A DNA stretch of 64,000 nucleotides from a virus (Duplodnaviria; Caudoviricetes), in IMG/VR virus record IMGVR_UViG_3300010346_001007, positions 1 to 64,000 of that record; one strand, given 5' to 3'. This document shows, piece by piece, positions 20,006 through 29,933 of the stretch. The notes under the pieces were generated by a model. The model worked only from the letters and a program-made list of their open reading frames with translations, was not told the origin of the DNA and searched no databases. Positions within the stretch are counted from its first letter, which is position 1; every line of letters starts with the position of its first letter. The position numbers and the translations under genes were made by a program.

Positions 20006-21306
20006 ATTATTTCAAATTTTATATCATCAATTGGGGGATTATTAACTATTATATTTTCTTTAATTCTATTAATAGGATTATTAATTATAAGTTTAATATC
20101 ATAATTTTCTATTTCAATTTCAAATTCGCCTTCGCCTTCTTTTTTATATTCATGCATTGCATCTTGAAGATTTGAAAATAATGAAGAAGTAACAAGAAGT
20201 TCAAATGGCATATTTTTTAAATCAATATTCAATATTATATCATCATTTATAGGAGAATTTGTAAAAATATCTTCAAATTTTAATATACGATAATATTTTT
20301 GGTAAAGTTTCCAATTTATATCTGAAATATTAAGTAATTTATTGGCCGGGTTGTGTAAAGTATTATATGTATTTCTTAGATTTTCCCGACTTTCTAAATT
20401 TTCAATATAAATTTTTTGAAAATGAAAATAATGCTGTAATAAAGAAAAATCTCTGGGAGATGTATTATAGATATTTGTAGATATGTGATAAAAATAACTA
20501 TTTTTAACATCATCAAGTGAAGATGGATGATAAAATCTTCCCCATTTTCTTAAAAAGCGTGCATATTCTATTTGGTCGGCTACGGATTGTAATCTGGTTC
20601 TTTTTTGTGCTTTTTCAGTCCACCATTCAATTCCTCGTGAAGAAGTGCAAGTAAAATGATATACTAAGGCGTTCCATACTTGTTTGACTTCGTAACCCGA
20701 AAGTAATAATCGGAATAATATATCGGAGTCTTCCCGAGATCGACGAAATAATGTATCATGTCCACCAATATCAAGCCATATTTTTTTGTATAATGTAAAT
20801 GGAGCAAACCAAAAATTAGTTAAAATGTGTTTTTTATAGGATTCAACGGTCGAGGTAAATTTTTCTAAATTGAATGTTTTAGGATCGAGTCCAAAATCCA
20901 ATATAATTTTTTCACTGGATGGAGGGTGCAATGGAGGTTCTATTCGAGTTGCCGAAGTAATTGTATTTTCTTTTAGATATTTTAATATTTCTATATCATA
21001 ATTAGAACATATTACCATATCACTTTGTAAATATGATACTATTGGATATTTGGCCATCTCAAACATGAGATTAATATTTCGAGCATAACCAATAGGAATA
21101 GGAAGAGAATTTATAATTATTTTTAAATCCGGAAAATATGTTTTTTGAGATTTTAAAAATTCAATTGATCCCTGATTATCATTTTCTACATATACAATTA
21201 TTTCATGTTTGTTAGTTGAAAGATTTTCAACTAATGAGCGGAATAATAATTCAAGGTAGTATCGTTCATTGATGGCAGTATTTATACAAAAGCTGATTGG
21301 TGTCAT
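20002..21306 (-). CDS. glycosyltransferase, GT2-like
   Basis: GT-A pattern, QSDM, IGGHD..F...EDSD, VYH. Confidence 0.8.
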   Translation of the reverse strand: MTPISFCINTAINERYYLELLFRSLVENLSTNKHEIIVYVENDNQGSIEFLKSQKTYFPDLKIIINSLPIPIGYARNINLMFEMAKYPIVSYLQSDMVICSNYDIEILKYLKENTITSATRIEPPLHPPSSEKIILDFGLDPKTFNLEKFTSTVESYKKHILTNFWFAPFTLYKKIWLDIGGHDTLFRRSREDSDILFRLLLSGYEVKQVWNALVYHFTCTSSRGIEWWTEKAQKRTRLQSVADQIEYARFLRKWGRFYHPSSLDDVKNSYFYHISTNIYNTSPRDFSLLQHYFHFQKIYIENLESRENLRNTYNTLHNPANKLLNISDINWKLYQKYYRILKFEDIFTNSPINDDIILNIDLKNMPFELLVTSSLFSNLQDAMHEYKKEGEGEFEIEIENYDIKLIINNPINRIKENIIVNNPPIDDIKFEII

Positions 21307-22148
21307 TGACAGTTTAATATATCTATTGTTTGTTTAATGCCTTCTTCTAATCCTATAAAATTATTACAGACAGGAAGAGTATAAAGTAATTTGGAACTGC
21401 CCGTATAAGATTTTCCTATTTCACTATTATTTATTTTAATTAATGCATTTGAAGCTTTCATGTATTTTATAATTAGATTGGCAATATGCAATAAATCATA
21501 TTTTTTCTTATAAACTAAATTTATATTTTGAGGGCCGCCAACAGCCAAAATATATTTAATAACTTCATATATATCATTTATATAGAAAAAATCCATCATT
21601 TTATTTTGATGTATTTGAATGGGATTTCCATCTTTAATATTTTCAATGGATGATTTTATAAATCTATGAGATTTTTCATCCCAATTAAAACAACCGAATA
21701 CTCGCAATATCCATATATTATTATAGTCGATTAAAGACCTTCGTGAAATTATATTTTTTGATAATCCATATGGATCAATTGGCCATTTTTTAAATATATC
21801 TTCTTCTTGAGATTCGTAGATTTCATATCGACGATCAAATTCGGCCCCGGAACTAAAAATTATAACTGGTATATGATGAATCAATTCGCATAAATTTTCA
21901 AACATTAAAATATTTGGTATATATGTGTTTTCATATGTATCGGTGTCTATACGATTCCCTCCTTTTGTAGCTGCATGGATAATGGCATCAAATTTATATT
22001 TTTTTAAATATTGATGTAATTTATCTATGTCTAATAAATTTAATTCGGTGCGTGAAGGAGCATAAACTGTATAATTTTGTTCCGATTCAAATAAGGATTT
22101 TAAATTTCGGGCAATATATCCCCTTCCTCCGGTTATTAAAATTTTCAT
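21303..22148 (-). CDS. NAD(P)-dependent epimerase/reductase (extended SDR)
   Basis: ITGGRGYIA, YGLSK. Confidence 0.85.
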   Translation of the reverse strand: MKILITGGRGYIARNLKSLFESEQNYTVYAPSRTELNLLDIDKLHQYLKKYKFDAIIHAATKGGNRIDTDTYENTYIPNILMFENLCELIHHIPVIIFSSGAEFDRRYEIYESQEEDIFKKWPIDPYGLSKNIISRRSLIDYNNIWILRVFGCFNWDEKSHRFIKSSIENIKDGNPIQIHQNKMMDFFYINDIYEVIKYILAVGGPQNINLVYKKKYDLLHIANLIIKYMKASNALIKINNSEIGKSYTGSSKLLYTLPVCNNFIGLEEGIKQTIDILNCQ

Positions 22149-22621
22149 CGTGTTAGATTTATATAACAAGGTTCTCTTAATTCAAATATTCGTTTCATAT
22201 CATGTTCAAATTCGGGGCCAAGTTGCGGTTTATATGTTCTAATATTAAAAAGAGGACGTAATACGTCGAGATCTTCTTCCGCATGATGTGTAAACCCTAA
22301 ATTGCCGTAATCTTTGTCTCTTCCGCTTCCGGCTAATATAATTGGCAATTGATCAAATTGCATAAAGTTACGAATAAATTCAAATGGACGATACAATAAA
22401 AATGGAGTAATTGAATAACATATTGGTAATTTTTTTTCCATAGCAAATCCAGCAGCCATTCCGATCATTAATTGCTCTGCTGATCCGACATTGTAATATC
22501 GGTCTGGAAATTTTTCTTGAACACTTTCCCAAAGGCCATATCCTAAATCTGCTGTTATTAGAACGATATTTTTATCTTCGTTCATTTTATTTAATACATA
22601 TTTAGCAAATTCTTTTCTCAT
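22145..22621 (-). CDS. transketolase-like subunit, pyrimidine-binding domain only
   Basis: TADLG, NVGSAEQLMIGMAAG, RPFEFIR, GFTHH. Confidence 0.9.
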   Translation of the reverse strand: MRKEFAKYVLNKMNEDKNIVLITADLGYGLWESVQEKFPDRYYNVGSAEQLMIGMAAGFAMEKKLPICYSITPFLLYRPFEFIRNFMQFDQLPIILAGSGRDKDYGNLGFTHHAEEDLDVLRPLFNIRTYKPQLGPEFEHDMKRIFELREPCYINLTR

Positions 22622-22624
22622 AAT

Positions 22625-23260
22625 TTATTTAAGCAATTCTATTGCAAGATTATAATCTTCATTATTCATTATTTTATAATGGGCATTTAATCCAATTAAA
22701 AATGGCAATTGTTCTGACGATGTTTTTATAATTGTAATATTTTCGTTATCATTAAAACTGGCAATTCGTTGTTCTAATTTTTCTATTGATATAACATCAT
22801 AAGCGGCGTATCCATTAGCTACAATATATACTTTGATATTTTTAATTGGGCGGTCAGCCATAAATCGGAGAGATTCCCACACAACTCCCTCTGCACATTC
22901 ACCATCACTTATCATAACATGTACAATTCGGGATGGATTAGCTGCTGCTCGTCCTATTGCTGCTGCCAGTCCCATTCCCAAAGATCCCGTTGAACAATAG
23001 ATATGGCACGGTTCATCTAAATGGGGATGTCCTCCGTGTTTTCGATATAATTCTTCGGCGTTAATTCCAAATTTATTTTCAATATTTACATAAAGTGCTA
23101 AAGCGGCATGTCCATTGGATAGAATAAATATATCATCTTTGTGCATATTTTGAAATATCCATTTTATAGGATCAACGCAAGATAAATAACTTCCTAAATG
23201 AGACAGTTTATGTTTATGTGCAATTTCTATAATTCGTCTTTTTAATTCTTTATTTACCAT
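22625..23260 (-). CDS. transketolase-like subunit, ThDP-binding N-terminal domain
   Basis: HLGS, LSNGHA, STGSLGMG, SDGECAEG...N. Confidence 0.9.
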   Translation of the reverse strand: MVNKELKRRIIEIAHKHKLSHLGSYLSCVDPIKWIFQNMHKDDIFILSNGHAALALYVNIENKFGINAEELYRKHGGHPHLDEPCHIYCSTGSLGMGLAAAIGRAAANPSRIVHVMISDGECAEGVVWESLRFMADRPIKNIKVYIVANGYAAYDVISIEKLEQRIASFNDNENITIIKTSSEQLPFLIGLNAHYKIMNNEDYNLAIELLK

Positions 23261-25272
23261 ATAAAATTATCAGTATAAAATTTTATTATTTTAGGTAATT
23301 CGACATCGAAATTCTTCTCCGGGGACCATCCTAAATTTCTTAACTTAGTATCATCTAAAGAATATCTTACATCTTGTCCGTCTCTGGAATATGTAAAGTC
23401 ACAAAATTTATTAATGTCATCTGAGTTAAACATAAATTTTATAATTTTTCTGACAACATCGATATTTTGCAATTCAAGATCTCCCGAAATATTATAAATT
23501 TCATTTTTGACGCCCGATTCAATAATGGTTATAATTGCTTCAGCGGTATCATCAGCATGTAACCACTTTCGATAAGGAGTTCCTTTATTATGTAGAGGTA
23601 TTTTTCTTCCTATATTTAAATATTTAATTGTTTTAGGAATTAATTTTTCAACATATTGTCCCACACCATAATTGTTTGTAGGTCTAACTATTATATAAGG
23701 AACTTTAAATGTACGGGCCCATGCTAATGTAAGCATATCTCCCGAAGCTTTAGTTGCTGAATTATGTGTTATTATAAAGTTTCTTAATAAAAAATTGTGA
23801 TTGTTTTCTACTTCAATGTCATAAACAAATCCGTTATATTCAATAGTTTTAATTTCGGAAACCGTTTTCCATACAACCGCTCCCACATTACAATTCATTT
23901 GTGATTTTTTACATGACAATGTTATTTTTTTAAGGGTTGGTATAATTTTTTGAAATTTAATTGCTGAATGTGTGTGAGATATGATAACTCTTTTATTTTT
24001 TATGTCAACGGTGGATATAATTCCAAATTTTCTTAGAAGAAAACTAAGTTGATATAGAAATTTGGATGAATAACTACAGATTGAAAGTTTGTTGTTGGCA
24101 ATGCTTCCGTCCGCATCATACAATCCGCCGATAAACGCCCCGATTACATCCAGGGAGGAATTCATAATTTCGGGAGGTATGATTTTTTCATTTGATTTTT
24201 TATTCAACCCCATTTTTTCTATTTTATGAATTGATTCGACATCTCCGGTTTGAGAATACCAGCAATTTTTTGTTTTATGTTTATAAATACACCCCTTGTT
24301 GTTGAGAAATGAATTATAGTATTCGACAAAATTTCGTTTATCATCTGCGAGAAGTATAGTTTTTTGTATTTTATTCTTTTTAATAGAGCGGATTGATTTT
24401 ATGTATCCATCTCCGCAAAAATATCCAAGAAATCTTGCAAAGTCTGTTGATATACTTGTAATATTGGGTGTGTGGGATAATTCCGAATTAACCATTATCC
24501 AGTCTCCCGGTTTTATATTACTTGCTTCTATTTCAATTATAGGTAACTTTTCAAAATCTTGTTTATTATCTAATTTGTTATTTTTATATCTTTTTGGTCG
24601 TTTAATAAAGAATCTGTGAGCATGTGTACATTTTATAGGGTCTTTAATTTCAGATATGGTTAATTCAAGAAGATGATTGGCCGAATATTTGAAAATGTTT
24701 TTTATTTTTGCCTTTTCGCTTTTTTTTGTTTGAAACGAGTAAGATATAACCACATCCCCAATTTTTACATCGGAGATTTTTTTGGTTGTTCCATCATTCA
24801 TGTACAAGTAAGTATCTGGGTGTAAACAATATGGATTGCTCGGTTTTAATAAATCAGATTCAGAATGGGATCCATTTTTTATGTCTCCATATACTTCATC
24901 TGTACTGAATTGTAAGAGAATTGGCATTTTGAACAATCCTTTTTGACGAATCAATTCTAATAAATGTTTAACGCCATTTATATTAGAATGTAAAAACTCA
25001 TCACTGCTTATAATAGAATTATCGACATGAGTTTCGGCGGCAGCATTAATAATATAATCACAATCGTATAAGTTATTGAGATCATTTATATCAGAATGAA
25101 TGAATTTAAAATTATTAGGACCATAAGATTTAAATTCCGAAATTAATTCGGGCCTGGCGGCGTAAGTCATTTTATCTACGCCAATTACATGCCATCCTTT
25201 AGAAAGACATTTTCGTGTAATATGTGACCCAATAAGTCCTAAACATCCAGTTACATAAACTATTTTTTTCAT
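23254..25272 (-). CDS. rfbB: dTDP-glucose 4,6-dehydratase-like SDR containing an intein
   Basis: VTGCLGLIG, DKMTYA, AAETHVD, STDEVYG, PSNPY/SATK, NNYG..Q..EKLIP. Confidence 0.9.
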   Translation of the reverse strand: MKKIVYVTGCLGLIGSHITRKCLSKGWHVIGVDKMTYAARPELISEFKSYGPNNFKFIHSDINDLNNLYDCDYIINAAAETHVDNSIISSDEFLHSNINGVKHLLELIRQKGLFKMPILLQFSTDEVYGDIKNGSHSESDLLKPSNPYCLHPDTYLYMNDGTTKKISDVKIGDVVISYSFQTKKSEKAKIKNIFKYSANHLLELTISEIKDPIKCTHAHRFFIKRPKRYKNNKLDNKQDFEKLPIIEIEASNIKPGDWIMVNSELSHTPNITSISTDFARFLGYFCGDGYIKSIRSIKKNKIQKTILLADDKRNFVEYYNSFLNNKGCIYKHKTKNCWYSQTGDVESIHKIEKMGLNKKSNEKIIPPEIMNSSLDVIGAFIGGLYDADGSIANNKLSICSYSSKFLYQLSFLLRKFGIISTVDIKNKRVIISHTHSAIKFQKIIPTLKKITLSCKKSQMNCNVGAVVWKTVSEIKTIEYNGFVYDIEVENNHNFLLRNFIITHNSATKASGDMLTLAWARTFKVPYIIVRPTNNYGVGQYVEKLIPKTIKYLNIGRKIPLHNKGTPYRKWLHADDTAEAIITIIESGVKNEIYNISGDLELQNIDVVRKIIKFMFNSDDINKFCDFTYSRDGQDVRYSLDDTKLRNLGWSPEKNFDVELPKIIKFYTDNFIW
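23761..24828 (-). mobile_element. 356-aa intein with LAGLIDADG endonuclease
   Basis: CLHPDT start, LGYFCGDG and IGGLYDADG, VYDIEV...HNF...THN/S end. Confidence 0.95.
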
Positions 25273-26258
25273 ATTATATTATGTTCTTTTAAATATTTGT
25301 CAACATAATTTAGAAAAGGTTTGGGTTTTCCTTTTCCTCGAGTATGACCAATAAAATGTATTATTTTAGATTTCATTGCTTCATCCCATCCTTCATTTTC
25401 ATCATTTGGGTCTAATTTTCCAAATCGGGGGTGATACCCCCAATTAGGTATTATAAAATATTCCATTGAATCTAATAATATTGGATATGTTATTCGATTA
25501 CATATATTTAAAGTACTAAAGAAAGATTGTTGTTGAGTATCAATAATAAAGCGTCTGGGTCCAAAATATTCTTTCCCCGATTTATCAAAAATAGATGTAA
25601 AATCAAATAATGATATTAATTCATTAAAATTGTTTTTATCAATAAAATCATCAAAAATAGAAAGGTGTATTCCTTGAAATCCGGCGTTGAAACCTTTATA
25701 CAAAGGATTCCGTGATAAATATACTGGTAATAATTGTTGATCATATAAATTATTTAATGGTTCCAACATACATTTATCACAATTAGCGTTCATTGGTTCT
25801 TCAATTAAAATGGGTACTTGTTGTATTATATTATCCAAGATAAATTTCATGTCGCAATTTAAAATTATGTCATCATCATAAATAAGACAATATTCTTCTT
25901 TGCAAACACTTCTAATATAATGAAATAAAATAAATATATAAAATCCGACAAAGGCTAATTCTACTTTTAAATCATCAAAGGAAATATCATAATTTTCTTT
26001 ATAATAAGATTTAATAAAATCTTTAGTAAAAGATATTAATTTAACATTGTAGGAGTTTAATAATTGATCGGTTTTTTCTTCCCAATTTATATTGTCTTCG
26101 GATATTTCAAGTTTACCATCCCATAAAATATAAAATACAACTTCATAATTTTCATATAAAGAATGAATTTTTTTTAATATTTGATGCATGGCAAAATATG
26201 ATTGCCTATTTTTATATCGCATCATATTTGCTATTACTATTCTATTATTTTGTTTCAT
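25269..26258 (-). CDS. GT-A fold glycosyltransferase-like protein
   Basis: YDDD, FNAG, late HFIG motif. Confidence 0.55.
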   Translation of the reverse strand: MKQNNRIVIANMMRYKNRQSYFAMHQILKKIHSLYENYEVVFYILWDGKLEISEDNINWEEKTDQLLNSYNVKLISFTKDFIKSYYKENYDISFDDLKVELAFVGFYIFILFHYIRSVCKEEYCLIYDDDIILNCDMKFILDNIIQQVPILIEEPMNANCDKCMLEPLNNLYDQQLLPVYLSRNPLYKGFNAGFQGIHLSIFDDFIDKNNFNELISLFDFTSIFDKSGKEYFGPRRFIIDTQQQSFFSTLNICNRITYPILLDSMEYFIIPNWGYHPRFGKLDPNDENEGWDEAMKSKIIHFIGHTRGKGKPKPFLNYVDKYLKEHNII

Positions 26259-26895
26259 ATTGATATTCAGGGTCCGAGGTTTCGTCATCTATTTTTTTTA
26301 AGAATATTTGCCATCCGTGTTCTAAAATTTCATATTTTCCTTTATAGATTGATAAAAAGGCATCAATAGCTATTTTTGGTTTCATGGTTTCATCCGTAGT
26401 ATGTATTCCCCATCCATAATCGTCAAAAATGAGAATGCCGCCTTTTTTAAGTAAAGGCCAAGAATATACTGCGTCCACTAAAACACCTATGGCAGTATGT
26501 GAACCATCAATAAAAATATAATCTGCACACTGTAATTTAAAAATATTGCGATTAATTAATACATCGGACGATTTTCCTAAAATCATTTTAATATTTTTAT
26601 AGGGACCTATATTATTTCTTACACATTCTTGTTCTACTATATCAATAGTATAATGTACACTATTTTCTCCATTTACAATTTTCTCTGCGCAAAATACGGC
26701 ACAATCTCCTCGATTAGTGCCTATTTCTATCCCTAAAATATTGGGTTGATTTGATAAATGGCTTAATCTTCGAGTCCATAACGGAATCCATTTTTCAAAA
26801 AAATTAGATCCTTCAAATCCTGGTGGACGCTTTATATGAGGGGGGTAAATATAAGAAGTAATATCTCGTTTTAAAATATAAATTGGATCATTCAT
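26245..26895 (-). CDS. class I SAM methyltransferase (Methyltransf_24-like)
   Basis: EIGTNRG, FIDGSH, GGILIFDDY. Confidence 0.85.
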   Translation of the reverse strand: MNDPIYILKRDITSYIYPPHIKRPPGFEGSNFFEKWIPLWTRRLSHLSNQPNILGIEIGTNRGDCAVFCAEKIVNGENSVHYTIDIVEQECVRNNIGPYKNIKMILGKSSDVLINRNIFKLQCADYIFIDGSHTAIGVLVDAVYSWPLLKKGGILIFDDYGWGIHTTDETMKPKIAIDAFLSIYKGKYEILEHGWQIFLKKIDDETSDPEYQYETK

Positions 26896-28195
26896 ATTTT
26901 TTAAAAAATTGTTGAACTATATGTTGTATATAGTTTAATTGTTCGGGTGTTATAACTGGACTGGTGCCTAAGAAAAATGTATCCGTTGTAACTTTAGTTG
27001 CTATGGGAAAGGATTGTGAATTAAATGCTTCGGCATATTTTTCATAAGCAGGGTGCAATAATAAATTCCCGCCAAAATAATTCCGGGTTTGTATTTTATT
27101 ATTTTCTAAATATTTTGTAAAGTCTGAGCGTTTGAATGGTGCATTATTTTTTATTGTTAGAGGAAATGCAAACCAGGAAACATCAGATTTTGGTTGGGCG
27201 TTATGAAAATGAAAATATTCTTCATATGGAGAAAATATTTGTTTTAACCTAGAATGGTTTTCTTTTCGTTTTTGACAAATGACATCAATTTTATCTAATT
27301 GGGCCAATCCAATTGAACATTGTAATTCAATTGGTTTTAAATTAAAGCCGATATTATCATATACATATTTGTGGTCAAAGATTGCTTCGGGAAGTTTGGG
27401 TAGCCAATGACTAAATCTTTTACCACAAGTTCCTTTTGTAGATAGATTTGCTTTTGGGCCAACACAATAACAACCTCTCCCCCAGTCTCGAAAACTTCTA
27501 AGTAATCGTTCTTCTAACATATCATCGGTTGCAACAAACCCCCCCTCTCCCATAGTGATATGATGGGCTGGATAGAAAGAACAAGTTGCCATTTTTCCAA
27601 AACTACCCAAAGGCTTACCGTCATATTTTGAACCTAATGCATCGCAACAATCTTCTAATAGAATAATATTATATTTTTTTATAATTTCCATTAAACGATC
27701 CATGTTGGGAGGATTTCCGAGGACATGGGCAAAAGTTATAAATTTAGCTCCTGCTAATGCACATTTTTCTACCTGATCTAAATTAATATTTAATGTATCT
27801 AATTCAATATCACACCATAAAGGATTTCCCCCCAATTGTAAAATTGGATTGATTGTGGTCGGGAACCCAGCTACAGGACATATTACAAATGGGGAATTTT
27901 CATTGTATTTTTTTAGAATAGCAGACCACATAAGAAGATTAGAACTAGATCCACTATTTGTTACAATTCCATATTTTTTTCCGAGGAAAGTGGGGAATCT
28001 TTTTTCAAATTCAATTGAATCTTGTCCTAATACTAACCATTCATTAAGTAAGGTTTTGATAGCATTTACATATTCATTTGAATTGAAATAAGGTCCTGAA
28101 TATTGTACCCAATCTATACCGGGCCTCCAGGATTTTAAATTTTTTCTTTCTTCAAAATATTGCTTTATTACATTTAGAACGTGTTCTTTTTTCAT
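26888..28195 (-). CDS. rfbH: NDP-4-keto-6-deoxyglucose 3-dehydrase (E1/RfbH/DdhC)
   Basis: NSGSSSNL, EDCCDALG, SFYPAHHITMGEGG (His in place of Lys), DWGRGCYC...TC, DHKY. Confidence 0.9.
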   Translation of the reverse strand: MKKEHVLNVIKQYFEERKNLKSWRPGIDWVQYSGPYFNSNEYVNAIKTLLNEWLVLGQDSIEFEKRFPTFLGKKYGIVTNSGSSSNLLMWSAILKKYNENSPFVICPVAGFPTTINPILQLGGNPLWCDIELDTLNINLDQVEKCALAGAKFITFAHVLGNPPNMDRLMEIIKKYNIILLEDCCDALGSKYDGKPLGSFGKMATCSFYPAHHITMGEGGFVATDDMLEERLLRSFRDWGRGCYCVGPKANLSTKGTCGKRFSHWLPKLPEAIFDHKYVYDNIGFNLKPIELQCSIGLAQLDKIDVICQKRKENHSRLKQIFSPYEEYFHFHNAQPKSDVSWFAFPLTIKNNAPFKRSDFTKYLENNKIQTRNYFGGNLLLHPAYEKYAEAFNSQSFPIATKVTTDTFFLGTSPVITPEQLNYIQHIVQQFFKKYE

Positions 28196-28219
28196 TTAAT
28201 ATAATTTTATTTTGTCTTA

Positions 28220-28248
28220 ATTATACATGCAATTAGTAAAAAAGTCAA
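28220..28248 (-). promoter_or_regulatory. sigma70-like promoter of the rfbH operon
   Basis: TTGACT-17-TATAAT. Confidence 0.75.
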
Positions 28249-28251
28249 GAG

Positions 28252-29247
28252 TTAATTACTTAAAATATTATACATATATTCTTTCCATTTTTGAGGATTA
28301 GAATATATACTGTTTTTTACGGCGTTTTTGCAATAATTGCTACATTTTTCATAAAAATTTTTATCGTTTTTTAATGATATAGCAAGTTCTTTAGCATGAA
28401 CAATGTTTTCTATATCAACACTAAGATCGGGGTGTAAAGTGAGCTGAGTATCAATTTTTTCATTTCCAATACATGGTATTCCAAACCAAGCACAATTTAA
28501 GCTAAAGGACCCCGCAGCTACCGTTGGAGTTAAATGTACTGCATATTTAAATGTAGAAAGAAATTTCATCCAATTTTCCCACATTGTCCATTTAGAAATA
28601 AACAAATTAGGAATTTTTTCTTCATCCCTTCTTTTTCCATGACCAATAATCACATGAATTGGCACTTCAAATTCGGAAGCTACTACATAACTTTGAAATC
28701 CCCCTCCCCAACGACAAAAATTTCCTCCAATAATAGATTTTTGTTCTGAAATAGGATTTATTGAATCTAAATTATTAGTGCACATTAAACTGGGGATTAT
28801 ATTTACTTTTTGCTCGGGAAATAATCCTTTATAAAAATTTATATCGCATTCATTATGAGCAAATATGTAATCAACCGAAGATAATAAATTATGGTAATTA
28901 AATTGAGTAATAATTTCATAGTCGTTGAAAAACCAATGAGGACCTTCTTGAATAACACAGATAATTTTATTGTTGTTTTTTAAAGTATTAACAACTGGTT
29001 TAGAATAAATCGTTGGATCAAATCCTGGAGAAGGGCCCATCATTTCGTTTCCAACAGCATTTAAGTTTACTCCAATTTTAGGAAATATAATAAATACGGC
29101 ATCATAACCTTTGACGGAATTATAGTCGTTTAGATTAAAGTGATTTGCTTGTAAAGCAAACATCCACATTCCTTCGGTTCGTAATTTGGGATGTAAAAAA
29201 TTTACTTTTGCGTTAAATCCTAATTCCGATAAAAATGCAATATTCAT
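28252..29247 (-). CDS. GT-B-like protein
   Basis: C-terminal AAGSFSLNCAWFGIPCIG resembles the GT-B donor-binding region; gene context. Confidence 0.5.
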   Translation of the reverse strand: MNIAFLSELGFNAKVNFLHPKLRTEGMWMFALQANHFNLNDYNSVKGYDAVFIIFPKIGVNLNAVGNEMMGPSPGFDPTIYSKPVVNTLKNNNKIICVIQEGPHWFFNDYEIITQFNYHNLLSSVDYIFAHNECDINFYKGLFPEQKVNIIPSLMCTNNLDSINPISEQKSIIGGNFCRWGGGFQSYVVASEFEVPIHVIIGHGKRRDEEKIPNLFISKWTMWENWMKFLSTFKYAVHLTPTVAAGSFSLNCAWFGIPCIGNEKIDTQLTLHPDLSVDIENIVHAKELAISLKNDKNFYEKCSNYCKNAVKNSIYSNPQKWKEYMYNILSN

Positions 29248-29250
29248 ATA

Positions 29251-29928
29251 TTATGTATTAAATCCTTTATGACCCCGATTTTCTTCAGGAGTAAACAATT
29301 TATTATATCTTTGGTTGGTTTTTTCTTGTATTTCAATGGTTTTATCATGATATAACGCAAAAGAAAAGTCTTTTGGTAAATAAGAATATTTAGTATATCC
29401 TTCAATTTTCTCATGTAATCTACGATCCCACTTAATACGTTCTGGAATGTTTTTATAAATTCGGCCCTGATAATCGGGCCATTGAACTATGTATCTATTC
29501 TTATAAGGAGTTAATTGCCATCCCCATCTTTGTGCATGTTTTGAAGTTACACCCAGAAAATCATTGATTCGAGGAACCAAAAAGAGTTCAACACTATTAT
29601 TTTCTATGATAATTTCTTTTATAGAATTTAATAATATTTCGGATGGTAATTCATCACCATCTATTTGAAAAATCCATTCGTTTTTACACAAAGAATTTCC
29701 AAAATTTTTATGTTCTCCATAATTTCTGTTCAATGCATGTTGTATAATTTTAATATTTGGAAGATTGCTAAATTCGCTTAAAATTTTTTTGGTTTTATCA
29801 TTGTCTGAATAATCATCCAATATAATTATTTCATCTTCTTTTTCAAGAAAATTTGTAATTCGATTTAATAAATTTTTTAATGTTCGATCTTCGTTATGAA
29901 CAGTAATTAAATAAGAAATTGAAGTCAT
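29251..29928 (-). CDS. glycosyltransferase family 2
   Basis: ITVHNE, LDDYS, QIDGDE, WPDYQ.R, LHE. Confidence 0.85.
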   Translation of the reverse strand: MTSISYLITVHNEDRTLKNLLNRITNFLEKEDEIIILDDYSDNDKTKKILSEFSNLPNIKIIQHALNRNYGEHKNFGNSLCKNEWIFQIDGDELPSEILLNSIKEIIIENNSVELFLVPRINDFLGVTSKHAQRWGWQLTPYKNRYIVQWPDYQGRIYKNIPERIKWDRRLHEKIEGYTKYSYLPKDFSFALYHDKTIEIQEKTNQRYNKLFTPEENRGHKGFNT

Positions 29929-29933
29929 ACATA

